A DNA stretch of 64,000 nt from Oscillospiraceae bacterium (GTDB lineage: Bacteria; Bacillota; Clostridia; Oscillospirales; QAMX01), in contig SVLY01000001.1 of assembly GCA_015067715.1 (NCBI GenBank), forward strand, positions 15,071 through 79,070, written 5' to 3'. This document shows positions 35,407 to 44,718 of the stretch, piece after piece. The position numbers and the translations under genes were made by a program. A model generated the notes under the pieces. It made no database searches, was not told the origin of the DNA, and worked only from the letters and a program-made list of their open reading frames with translations. Position 1 is the stretch's first letter. Every line of letters begins with the position of its first letter.

Positions 35407-36702
35407 TCAGTCCTTTTTGGGGGCGTGCTTCATAATTCCGAACCACAGGAAGAGCACCAGCGCCGCGCAGAACAGAACGGCCATTGCGGAGACCACCTGC
35501 TGGGCGTAGAGAGGAAGACCCAAAAAGCGGTTTCCGTTATTTTGAATATAGGTGACAAGGGGGCTCACCGCAAGGGTGGTGAAGAAGCCTGCCAGACCGT
35601 AGACCGTGCGGGACAGGGCGAGAGCCTCGGTGCGCAGGGCGTAGGGGGCGTAGTCCAGAATAAGGTTGGTAAGGGCACTGTTGATGCCCGCCATGGAGAT
35701 GGCAGTGAGAACGTAATAGGCCGTGTAGAATACCTTGCCGTTGGCAGGGGCGGTGAACACGTTGATGAGATATCCCGCTCCGGCGATGGCGATGCAGAAG
35801 CACATCATCCGGGCAAAGCTGTGCCTGTCCGCAAAGCGCCCCCAAAACCGGGAGACCAGGGCGCGCACGATGGCGTAGACGATGCCGAGAACGGCCACGA
35901 AGGTGAGTGAAAATCCCAGCTCCCGTATCTGATAGGTGCCGTAGAAGGGGACGGAGCAGCCGTTTGTGATGCTCCACAGGGCGCTGACTCCCACGGCCAT
36001 GAGATAGAATTTGTTTTTGGCAAGAGTCTTTATGTTGGCAAAGGGGTTTGACCGCTTTCCGACAGGGGCGATCACGGTTTCACGGGTGAGGATGATGGTG
36101 ATGCTCTGGAGGATCATGAGCACGAATATGGTCACGCCGCAGAGAATGAACGCGCCGGAGAGGTTTCCCGCCGCCTCATAGCGGTCGACGATATTGCCCA
36201 TCACCGTGGAGAAGATCATGCCGCCGATAAGGGAGACGATCTCCTTGTTGGCGGTGAACACGCCGCGTTTTCTGTCGTCCACAAGGGACATGAACCAGTT
36301 GAGCTTGGGCGAGCCCACAAGCTGGAGCAGAATGTTTGCCGTGAGCACGCAGGCCACGAAGGCGACGGGCTTAAGGCCTGAGGGGATGGGAACGATGGGG
36401 ATCACGTAAATAAGGCAGAAGAACATCTGGGTGAACAGGGTCACCGGGATGACCAGCCACTTTACCCGTTTTATTCCCCCCATGAAAAGGGAGAAAAGCT
36501 GAACGGCGCAGCCAAGGGAGACAAAGGATGAGATTATGCCGGTCAGACTGTCGGAAATGCCGATGCTGGTAGAGACCTTTGCAAGAAATGCGCCGCCGGT
36601 AAGCAGGGCGACGAAATACTCAAGTGCGGCTTCAATTATGACGTAGAGACGGCTTTGGCGGTAGATATCTTTTTCTTCGGTGGACATGGAAAACGGTTGC
36701 AC
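35407..36702 (-). CDS. MFS transporter
   Basis: 431 aa, about 12 TM segments. The start is uncertain: GTG at 36702 or ATG at 36687. It is divergent from the mannosidase cassette. Confidence 0.75.
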   Translation of the reverse strand: MQPFSMSTEEKDIYRQSRLYVIIEAALEYFVALLTGGAFLAKVSTSIGISDSLTGIISSFVSLGCAVQLFSLFMGGIKRVKWLVIPVTLFTQMFFCLIYVIPIVPIPSGLKPVAFVACVLTANILLQLVGSPKLNWFMSLVDDRKRGVFTANKEIVSLIGGMIFSTVMGNIVDRYEAAGNLSGAFILCGVTIFVLMILQSITIILTRETVIAPVGKRSNPFANIKTLAKNKFYLMAVGVSALWSITNGCSVPFYGTYQIRELGFSLTFVAVLGIVYAIVRALVSRFWGRFADRHSFARMMCFCIAIAGAGYLINVFTAPANGKVFYTAYYVLTAISMAGINSALTNLILDYAPYALRTEALALSRTVYGLAGFFTTLAVSPLVTYIQNNGNRFLGLPLYAQQVVSAMAVLFCAALVLFLWFGIMKHAPKKD

Positions 36703-36776
36703 CCCTCTGTTTTTTCTTCTGGGAATAGTTTACCTTGGAAAGGCTGTTTTGTCAATGGGTTTTCGGCGGTCTTTTC

Positions 36777-36805
36777 TTGACAAGGCAGGGTGATGGATAT
36801 ATAAT
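36777..36805 (+). promoter_or_regulatory. Sigma-A-type promoter of the gpsA-like/GH38 cassette
   Basis: TTGACA (36777-36782), a 17-nt spacer, then TATAAT (36800-36805). Confidence 0.65.
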
Positions 36806-36847
36806 TGCAGAAGAAGAACGTTATTTGGAAAGAAGCTGTGAAAAAAC

Positions 36848-37897
36848 ATGCCTGTTATAACTATCGTCGGGTCGGGAATGATGGGCTCTGCCCTTGCCTT
36901 TCCCGCCCGTGAAAACGGAAACGAAGTCCGCCTCGTGGGCACTCCCCTGGACAGGGAGATAATAGACGCCTGCATTGCCACCGGCCGCCATCCCAAATTT
37001 GACAGGGATTTTCCCGCCGGGCTGAAATATTACCAAATTGAAGATCTGAACGAGGCTCTCTCCGGCGCGGACGCCGTTATCGGGGGCGTTTCCAGCTTCG
37101 GCGTTGAGTGGTTCGGGGAAAAAGTTCTGCCCGTCATCCCCGAGGGGCTTCCCGTGCTCACGGTGACCAAGGGACTTATGGACCTGCCGGACGGCACGCT
37201 GGTCACCTATCCCCATATCTGGCAGGAAAAGCTTGATTCTCTGGGCAAAAAGCTCTCCCTCTGCGCCGTGGGCGGTCCATGCACAAGCTACGAGTTGGTT
37301 GCCCACGACCAGACCGAGGTGACCTTCTGCGGAAAAGACGGGGAGGCACTTCGTTATTTCAAAAAGCTCATGGCCACAGACTATTACCATGTCAGTCTCT
37401 CTTACGACGTTGTGGGGGTTGAGAGCGCCGTTGCCCTTAAAAACGGCTACGCTCTGGCAATTGCCCTCACCGTGGGTCTTAACCAGAAGGCCTTCGGCAT
37501 TGACAGCCCTCTGCACTTCAACTCCCAGGCGGCGGTTTTTGGCCAGAGTGTCAGAGAAATGCAAAAGCTTCTTGACTATCAGGGGGCTGGGGATCTTAAC
37601 AATCTTGCTCTGGGAGCGGGAGACCTTTACGTTACCGTCTACGGCGGAAGGACGAGGCTGATAGGCGTGCTTCTGGGAAGGGGTCTTGACATAGACCGGG
37701 CAAAAGAGGAGCTTTCCGGGGTGACGCTGGAGAGCCTCGTTGTGGCAGAGCGTGTTGCCCGGGCCATCCGCGCCGCATCTGCAAGGGGAGTGTTAGACCC
37801 GGCGGATTTCCCGCTTTTGATGCACGTGGACGATATTCTCACCAAAAAAGCTCCCGTGGACATCCCCTGGGAGGCTTTCACCTACGGTATTAACTAA
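36848..37897 (+). CDS. NAD(P)-dependent glycerol-3-phosphate dehydrogenase family protein (GpsA-like)
   Basis: ITIVGSGMMGSALA Rossmann start and a GpsA-like central and C-terminal region (GLMD..., ALKNGYALA). Confidence 0.7.
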   Translation: MPVITIVGSGMMGSALAFPARENGNEVRLVGTPLDREIIDACIATGRHPKFDRDFPAGLKYYQIEDLNEALSGADAVIGGVSSFGVEWFGEKVLPVIPEGLPVLTVTKGLMDLPDGTLVTYPHIWQEKLDSLGKKLSLCAVGGPCTSYELVAHDQTEVTFCGKDGEALRYFKKLMATDYYHVSLSYDVVGVESAVALKNGYALAIALTVGLNQKAFGIDSPLHFNSQAAVFGQSVREMQKLLDYQGAGDLNNLALGAGDLYVTVYGGRTRLIGVLLGRGLDIDRAKEELSGVTLESLVVAERVARAIRAASARGVLDPADFPLLMHVDDILTKKAPVDIPWEAFTYGIN

Positions 37898-37911
37898 AGG
37901 AGGCGCAAACT

Positions 37912-38763
37912 ATGTGGAACAGAAAGCTCTGCCTTGGCTGCGGAGGCTTTGGAATATCCGGCCCCGAACAGCTTGAAATTTTCGCCAAAACCGGCTTTGA
38001 CGCCTATTTCGTGGGCTGGAACCCCGGCCGCGACCCGGGTGATACGGTAAAACGGGGCAACGAGCTGGGGCTGGAGCTCCAGTCCGTCCACGCCCCATGG
38101 GGTAAGTCCGCCGTGATCTGGGGGGACGACGCCGCGGCGGGACAGGCCGCCATCGACGAGTTTTCCGCCTGTCTTGACTGCTGTGAGAAATACTCCGCCC
38201 CAATGATGATCGTCCACGCCTTCGTGGGCTTTGAGGATCACACCCCCACTTCTGCCGGTGTGGAACGCTTTGGCGAGATCGTGCGCCGGGCAGAGAAAAA
38301 GGGCGTTAAGATCGCCTTTGAAAACACCGAGGGCGAGGAATACCTTGCCGCGCTTATGGATGCCTTCCGGGGTGAGAAGCACGTTGGCTTCTGCTGGGAC
38401 AGCGGCCACGAGATGTGCTACAACCACTCAAAGGACCTTCTCGCCCTTTACGGGGACAGGCTTTTGGGCACCCATCTCAACGACAACCTTGGCATTCGCG
38501 ACTTTGGCGGAAAGATAACCTATATCGACGATCTCCACCTTCTGCCCTTCGACGGCATTGCCGATTGGGACAGTATTGCCGCAAGGCTTGACCGTTGCGG
38601 CTTTTCCGGTCCCCTCACCTTTGAGCTGAACGTAATGTCCAAGCCCGGCAGACGGGACAACGATATTTACCGTAAGCTCTCCCCGGAGGAATATATCGCC
38701 GAATGCTATAAGCGCGCCTGCCGTGTTGCGGCGAAAATGAAGGGAGCTTTCGACCTGAAATGA
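37912..38763 (+). CDS. Sugar phosphate isomerase/epimerase (xylose-isomerase-like TIM barrel)
   Basis: 283 aa. The pattern VHAPW ... IVHAF ... IAFENTEGE ... CWDSGHE is typical of the AP_endonuc_2/TIM-barrel family. Confidence 0.75.
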   Translation: MWNRKLCLGCGGFGISGPEQLEIFAKTGFDAYFVGWNPGRDPGDTVKRGNELGLELQSVHAPWGKSAVIWGDDAAAGQAAIDEFSACLDCCEKYSAPMMIVHAFVGFEDHTPTSAGVERFGEIVRRAEKKGVKIAFENTEGEEYLAALMDAFRGEKHVGFCWDSGHEMCYNHSKDLLALYGDRLLGTHLNDNLGIRDFGGKITYIDDLHLLPFDGIADWDSIAARLDRCGFSGPLTFELNVMSKPGRRDNDIYRKLSPEEYIAECYKRACRVAAKMKGAFDLK

Positions 38764-39866
38764 AAAAGCGCTACGACGTTGCGGCTTACGTCTGGCCTGC
38801 CTACACGGGAAGCGAGCCCCGAACGAAAATGTTCTGGCCGAAGGGCATGGGCGAATGGCAGAGCGTTGAGAGTGCCCTTTCCAAATACCCGGGAGATACC
38901 TGGCCCCGAAGACCCCTCTGGGGCTACGTTGACGAGGCAGACCCCGAAGTGATGGAGATGGAGATAAACGCCGCGGCGGATCACGGTGTCAACGTGTTTA
39001 TCTACGACTGGTATTGGTTCGACGGGCGGCCGTTTTTGGAGCAGTGCCTTGACAACGGCTTTTTAAAGGCAAAAAACCGGGACAGAATGAGATTTTATCT
39101 CATGTGGGCAAACCACGACGCCAACTATACCTGGAACAAGGAGATTTCCGACGAGGACTCCTCAACGGTCATTTGGAAGGGCGCCGTGGATGGGGCGGAG
39201 TTCGACAAAATATGCCAAAGGCTTATTGACAAATACTTCTGCCAGCCCAATTATTACAGAATAGAGGGCAAGCCCGTATTTATGATCTACGACCTTGAAA
39301 ACCTGCTTTCGGGGCTTGGGGGAGTGGAGAACACGAGGCGAAAGCTTTTGGAGTTTAAAGAAAAATGCGCCGCGGCAGGCCTTGGGGGACTTCATCTTCA
39401 GCTCACCCAGTGGGGAGAGCGGGTGCTGAACCTCTCCGGAGTGGACGGGGGTAGCAAGCCCGACAGCGCCGTTGCACCATATCTCGGCTTTGACAGCTTC
39501 ACAAATTACCAGTTCGTCCACTTTGTGGACATCGACCGGGACTACGGCGAAATAATGGCAGAGGTTCCCGGCTTTTGGAAGACCTGGAGCGAAAAATATC
39601 CCATTCCCTATTTCCCCCATATCTCCGTCGGTTGGGACAATAACCCACGCTACAAAAAGTTCCGGGGAGGTATCGTTAAAAACAACACCCCGGAGGCCGT
39701 CGCTGACGCCCTGGAGGCGGCACGGGACTTTCTGGACGAAAGCGACCTGCCCGTGCCCCTTGTTACGCTGAACAGCTGGAATGAATGGACGGAGACCAGC
39801 TATCTCCAGCCCGACGACCGAAACGGCTGGGGTTATCTTGAAGCGGTGAAAAAAGTATTCGGATGA
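38760..39866 (+). CDS. GH99-like / WbsX-family protein
   Basis: AAYVWPAY...GEW... PLWGYVDEADPEVME...HGVNVFIYDWYWFDGRPFLE follows the WbsX (PF14307-type) N-terminal pattern. It overlaps the upstream stop by 4 nt. Confidence 0.6.
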   Translation: MKKRYDVAAYVWPAYTGSEPRTKMFWPKGMGEWQSVESALSKYPGDTWPRRPLWGYVDEADPEVMEMEINAAADHGVNVFIYDWYWFDGRPFLEQCLDNGFLKAKNRDRMRFYLMWANHDANYTWNKEISDEDSSTVIWKGAVDGAEFDKICQRLIDKYFCQPNYYRIEGKPVFMIYDLENLLSGLGGVENTRRKLLEFKEKCAAAGLGGLHLQLTQWGERVLNLSGVDGGSKPDSAVAPYLGFDSFTNYQFVHFVDIDRDYGEIMAEVPGFWKTWSEKYPIPYFPHISVGWDNNPRYKKFRGGIVKNNTPEAVADALEAARDFLDESDLPVPLVTLNSWNEWTETSYLQPDDRNGWGYLEAVKKVFG

Positions 39867-39875
39867 GAAAAGAGG

Positions 39876-42800
39876 ATGGACATGGCAAATTTCTATGAAA
39901 AGAAAATAGCCGGAGAGATCGCGTGCCTTGATTTTTCCCAGCTTGAGGCCGCCTCCGCAGAGGGCTGCCCGGAAAAGTTCAGAAACATGGATTTTATGGT
40001 CACCGGCCCCTTCGTTATGGAGACGGAAGGCGCCTTTGAGACCGAATATCTCTACGAGAGAGAAAAAATACTCCAGCCGGACTACCTTGGGGGCTTCGGC
40101 GGAGAACGCGATATAGCCCCGTTTTACGGTCTGAAGGGGGAAAGCTCCTATCTCGGCTGTGACGTTGCCGTCTGGACGAAGGGTATCCACAAGTGGAACA
40201 CCCTTCTTTTCGAGGAGGAGGGCAGCGACTACGGCTGCGGAGAGGCGCTCTATTTAACGGAACAGCGAAACTGCATTTACTACGCCGCCTTCTACGTTCG
40301 CTGTGAGGGCAGAAAGCGGGCGGTCATCTGCTACGAAAACTCCGGATGCCGGCTCTTCCTCAACGGAGAGCTCATCTCCGACCAGCCCTATGGCCGTGTC
40401 AAGGGCATGGTGAGCACCGGAAGGCTGGTTCCCGTCACCTTTGAGGACGGGCTGAATCTGTTGCTCTTCAAGATCCGTCCGGGATATATCTGCGATTCCG
40501 TTGACCTTTCCATGAGCTATTGCTATATCTATCCCGTCTGCGCTGAGAGCGGCGGTCTGGCAGTCACCCACCCTGCAAGAACCGGCGTTTTTATCCGGCG
40601 GGATCACGGGGACAGGCAGGTGTTCCCCTGCTTTGCCGCCGCATTTTCGGATATTTCCGGCGGCGAGGTGACTGTGGACGGAACCCAGAAGCTCAGCCTT
40701 GGGGCAATGAAGGCCGGAGAATGCGTGCTTTTACGGGCGGAGCTTCCGGCGGCAGGGGGCACGGTAAATGTGCCCGTTACCGTTGAGGCACAGGGCTTCG
40801 GGGTCGGAAACGGAGAGTTTATCGGCAAGACCTCGCTCCCTTCGAAAATGGAGGGAGAAGAGCTGGTCATGACGAGCTTCCATTTCGACACCACCTACCA
40901 CCAGGAACAGCGGGTGTACGCCCTTGGCGCCATGTATATCACCAGAGAGATACTCAAGGCAATGCGCCGGGACCCGTATTTCAAGCCCGTTATCTCTGAG
41001 GTGGACTATCTCCACCCCTACTACAGCATAAACCCCGGTGACCGTGAGTTCCTCAGAGAGATGTTTGCCCGGGGCAGTACCGAGTCCGACTGCTTTTACA
41101 ACCAGCCCAGCGAGCTCACCTCCTCCGGGGAGGGCATCGTCCGCAATCTGGTCTACGGCCAGCTCTACCACAGGGACGTGATGGGGCGCATATGCGACGT
41201 GTATTCTCCCGGAGACGTTTTCGGACATTTCAACCAGATGTCCCAGATAACCGCCAAGGGCGGTTGCCGGGGTATTTCCTGGGGCAAGCACATTCCGGGC
41301 TTCAGACCCTCCATGCGCCACGTCTCGCCCGACGGAAGCTGGGTCAACCACCGCCGGGGCGACGTTGTCAAGAGCGATGCGGTGCATTACGGGCTCTCCT
41401 TCTGCGGCTACGATTCCGGAGCAATGGACAATGTTTCCGGCTTTCCCGTGGATGGGGATCTGTCGTGGATGGCAGAGGCGACCCCCAAAGCCCGTTTTTG
41501 CGTTCCCAGCGAAATGCAGAACGCCGTGGAGCGTGACCAGGCCCGCTTTGAGGCAGAGGGAGTTCCTTCTCCCTTTGAGCTTACCAGCCGGGATATGTCC
41601 CTTTACCACGCCGGCGTTGCCCTGACGCGCACAGACTTTAAGCAGGCAAACCGACTTGCTGAAAACCTGCTGATAACCGCGGAAAAGCTCTCGGTAATTG
41701 CCGCCATGAACGGCGCGGAGTATCCGGAGCTTGCCCTTGACAAGGCATGGCGCCAGGTGCTCTGCGGCCAGCACCACGACTCCATAACCGGCACGAACAA
41801 CGAGATCTCCTTTGTGGATCTTATGATAGAATACCGTGAGGCCGTCGACCTTGCGGCGGATATCTGCCGTCGGGCAAGTGAATATATCGCCTCGCATATC
41901 TGCGCCGAAGCGGGCAGAAGGCGCGTCGTGCTCTTTAACCCCCACACGTGGGACAGAACCGAACACGTTTTGCTCACCGTGAAAAGTCCTGCTCCCATGG
42001 GCAGGGTGAAGCTTATAGCTCCCGGGGGCAAAGCGCTTAACTGCGAGACCCTTTGGGAGCGGGAGACCGAAGAGGGCTGTGAGACCGGGCTTTCGGTCAT
42101 GGCAAGCGTTCCGGCCTGCGGATACCTCTCCTGTTATCTGGAAACGGACGGGGATGCGCCCGTTCAAATGCCAAAGTGCGACGGGAAAAATACCATTGAA
42201 AACGAGTTTTACCGCATAACCGTTGACCCGGAGCAGGGCGGCGGAATCGTCTCCCTTTTCGACAAGGAAAACGACCGCGAGCTCATCAACCCCGACACCG
42301 ACGGCCCCGCAAACCGCCTCGCGGCCCTCAAGGAGACCCACGACCGCATGGAGACCCAGCACGAGTTCTACACCACGGGTCACAAGCTCCTCTCCGACTG
42401 GGAAGAGGCAAGGGTTGAGCGCACCGTGGGCGAGGAGTTTTCAACCCTCACCGTCAGATACGACCTTGGCAACGTGGTGGGAGTCACTCAGGAGATAACT
42501 CTCAGAAAGGGAGAGCGCCGCATAGATTTCGAGACCCGTCTGGACGACTACCGCGACGAGGACGATCTGTTCACCGTCACCTTCCCCGTGGATATCAAGG
42601 GAGCAAGACCCATTTTTGACGACCGCTTTGCCCCTCAGGTGAGAACGTCCTCCCGCAGAGCGCTCTCCTTCCGCACCCACCAGATGCTCATGGCCTCCCA
42701 CTGCGCGGTGTATTCCGCAAACCAGTGGATGGACTACGGCCCCAGCGTTACCCTTCGGCTTCGGGACGGAGAAAAAACGGCGTCGCTGAATATCGGCATG

Positions 42801-44648
42801 ACCCAGCTCATCCGCGCCGAGGCCCGGGAGCTTGGGGAGGCCTCGGACACGCTTCTCATGGCCCTTACCAAAAAGGCCGTTCCCGTCACACCCTTCCCGG
42901 ACAGGGAGTATTCCGTCCGGGGCTCCCAGATACCCCATTTCAACGAGGATCTCACCTCGGACACCCGTTTCGTCCTTTCCGTTGAGGGCGTTGAAAACCG
43001 CTACGAAAGCGACCTTGCCCGGCGCCGTCCGGAGGTATGGGAGCGTATCGGCGGAGCGGTGGCTTCCGGAAAGGTCGCAGTTGTCTTCTTTAAGGACGGG
43101 GACAACGATTGGAACAAGCCCATAGACGTGATACTTGTGAAAGCCCCCACGCCCGAGGCTCTGAAGACCTGGGCAGAGAGCTTTGCCTCGGCTCTGTCCG
43201 TGGGACGCGCGGTCTCTCTGGAGGCCGTCCTTGCGGACGATCCGGGACAGGCCGACGACTACGGCGTTGCCGTGATCAACACGGGCAATATAGCCTGCAG
43301 CGTTGAAAAGGGCGGAATGCTGAACCTCATGCTGTTCCACACCGCCGAGTTCTACGGCAATATCGGTAAGACCCACTGCGGCAAAAAGCTCGTTCCGGAG
43401 CACAAGTCCCACGTTTTCACCTATTCCCTCCTGCCCCACGCCCACAGCTACCGTGAAGCGGAGCTATACCGCAGAGCGCTGGAGAAAAACGATCCCCTCT
43501 TTGCCCTGGCAGATATCTCCCCGGCAGAGGGTGCAAAAATGCCGGGATCCTTCAGCCTGCTGAAGAGCCAAAGCGGCATCACCGTCACCTCCGTAAAGGC
43601 CGGGGGCTATCCCATGGCCTCCATGAAGGGCAGTTTCGGCACCCTGTCGGATCGGGGCATCGCCATACGCTATTTCGAAGACCGGGGTCTCTCCGGCGAG
43701 GCAAAGCTTGAGCTGGGCTTTGACGCGGCTCTTGCCGAAAGGGCAAACCTGCTTGAAGAGGAGAGAGTTCCCCTTGCCCTTGAAGGCCGGACTCTCTCCC
43801 TTCCCTTCACTCCCCACACCGTTGAGACCATTGTTCTCGCTCCGAAGAACGTAAAGACCGGCAACGCTCAAATTGGCGCCGTACGGGAGATAACCGAGCC
43901 CACTTACGTGCGCTCCTGGGAGCACGACCTGGGCTCCATGCCCATGGGCTATCTGGCTCTGTGCGCAGTTATCGACCGCCACCCGAGAGTTATAGATGAG
44001 CTCTCCTTTGAGGTGGACGTCTCAGTAGCAAACAACCACACCGACATCCCGGTCTCCGGAACGGCAAAGCTCTGCCTGCCGGAGGGATGGTCTGCAAACG
44101 TAACGGAGATTTCCTACAGCCTTGAGCCGGAGGGCTGTTCCGTCACCCCCGTGAGGGTCACGAAGCCCGCAAGCGATGCAAAGGGCATGATCCGTCTGGA
44201 ATACAGCCACCGGGGACAGAGCTTTGAGGACGTTTACGAGGTCGGCTACCACAATCCTGCCATGAATATGGTGATAGAGAACGACGTGATAACCGTCACC
44301 GTGATAAACGACACCGACGAGACTCTCAGAGGCGAGCTTGGCCTTGCAACACCCATCGAGACCTGGGGAAGCATGGGCGGCCACAACCCCTTTGGAAAGG
44401 CCGGAGTCGGCCCCTGCCGGCAGCCCGTGGCCGTAGCGCCCCACTCCCGGAGGGACTTCACCTTTGCAGTGGAAGGGGACAGGTCCATGTCCTTCTGGGC
44501 TGTGGCAAAGCTGATGGTGAACGGACGGATTTATTTCCAGGGAGCTCTCCACCGTCCCATTCAGCCCCACGTGCTCTGGTCCCACGTGTTTATTAACGAG
44601 GTACTGGCAGATAACGGTTCGCTGAAAAAGGCAAACGCCCTGAAGTAA
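39876..44648 (+). CDS. Very large GH38-family alpha-mannosidase with N- and C-terminal extensions
   Basis: 1590 aa. The GH38 core runs from about aa 335 (SFHFDTTYHQEQ ...) to the central-domain motif CGQHHDSITGT. About 330 aa of extra N-terminal sequence and an extended C-terminus. No signal peptide. Confidence 0.8.
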   Translation: MDMANFYEKKIAGEIACLDFSQLEAASAEGCPEKFRNMDFMVTGPFVMETEGAFETEYLYEREKILQPDYLGGFGGERDIAPFYGLKGESSYLGCDVAVWTKGIHKWNTLLFEEEGSDYGCGEALYLTEQRNCIYYAAFYVRCEGRKRAVICYENSGCRLFLNGELISDQPYGRVKGMVSTGRLVPVTFEDGLNLLLFKIRPGYICDSVDLSMSYCYIYPVCAESGGLAVTHPARTGVFIRRDHGDRQVFPCFAAAFSDISGGEVTVDGTQKLSLGAMKAGECVLLRAELPAAGGTVNVPVTVEAQGFGVGNGEFIGKTSLPSKMEGEELVMTSFHFDTTYHQEQRVYALGAMYITREILKAMRRDPYFKPVISEVDYLHPYYSINPGDREFLREMFARGSTESDCFYNQPSELTSSGEGIVRNLVYGQLYHRDVMGRICDVYSPGDVFGHFNQMSQITAKGGCRGISWGKHIPGFRPSMRHVSPDGSWVNHRRGDVVKSDAVHYGLSFCGYDSGAMDNVSGFPVDGDLSWMAEATPKARFCVPSEMQNAVERDQARFEAEGVPSPFELTSRDMSLYHAGVALTRTDFKQANRLAENLLITAEKLSVIAAMNGAEYPELALDKAWRQVLCGQHHDSITGTNNEISFVDLMIEYREAVDLAADICRRASEYIASHICAEAGRRRVVLFNPHTWDRTEHVLLTVKSPAPMGRVKLIAPGGKALNCETLWERETEEGCETGLSVMASVPACGYLSCYLETDGDAPVQMPKCDGKNTIENEFYRITVDPEQGGGIVSLFDKENDRELINPDTDGPANRLAALKETHDRMETQHEFYTTGHKLLSDWEEARVERTVGEEFSTLTVRYDLGNVVGVTQEITLRKGERRIDFETRLDDYRDEDDLFTVTFPVDIKGARPIFDDRFAPQVRTSSRRALSFRTHQMLMASHCAVYSANQWMDYGPSVTLRLRDGEKTASLNIGMTQLIRAEARELGEASDTLLMALTKKAVPVTPFPDREYSVRGSQIPHFNEDLTSDTRFVLSVEGVENRYESDLARRRPEVWERIGGAVASGKVAVVFFKDGDNDWNKPIDVILVKAPTPEALKTWAESFASALSVGRAVSLEAVLADDPGQADDYGVAVINTGNIACSVEKGGMLNLMLFHTAEFYGNIGKTHCGKKLVPEHKSHVFTYSLLPHAHSYREAELYRRALEKNDPLFALADISPAEGAKMPGSFSLLKSQSGITVTSVKAGGYPMASMKGSFGTLSDRGIAIRYFEDRGLSGEAKLELGFDAALAERANLLEEERVPLALEGRTLSLPFTPHTVETIVLAPKNVKTGNAQIGAVREITEPTYVRSWEHDLGSMPMGYLALCAVIDRHPRVIDELSFEVDVSVANNHTDIPVSGTAKLCLPEGWSANVTEISYSLEPEGCSVTPVRVTKPASDAKGMIRLEYSHRGQSFEDVYEVGYHNPAMNMVIENDVITVTVINDTDETLRGELGLATPIETWGSMGGHNPFGKAGVGPCRQPVAVAPHSRRDFTFAVEGDRSMSFWAVAKLMVNGRIYFQGALHRPIQPHVLWSHVFINEVLADNGSLKKANALK

Positions 44649-44665
44649 GACCGATCAAGCTTAAA

Positions 44666-44712
44666 AACACCGCCGTTTGGGGTAACTCCCAAAGGGCGGT
44701 GTTGGTTTATTT
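44666..44712. terminator. Bidirectional terminator between the GH38 and feoAB genes
   Basis: aacaccgcc(g)tttgggg ... ctcccaaagggcggtgtt, a long stem with a T-rich tail and an A-run upstream. Confidence 0.7.
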
Positions 44713-44718
44713 TGGCTG

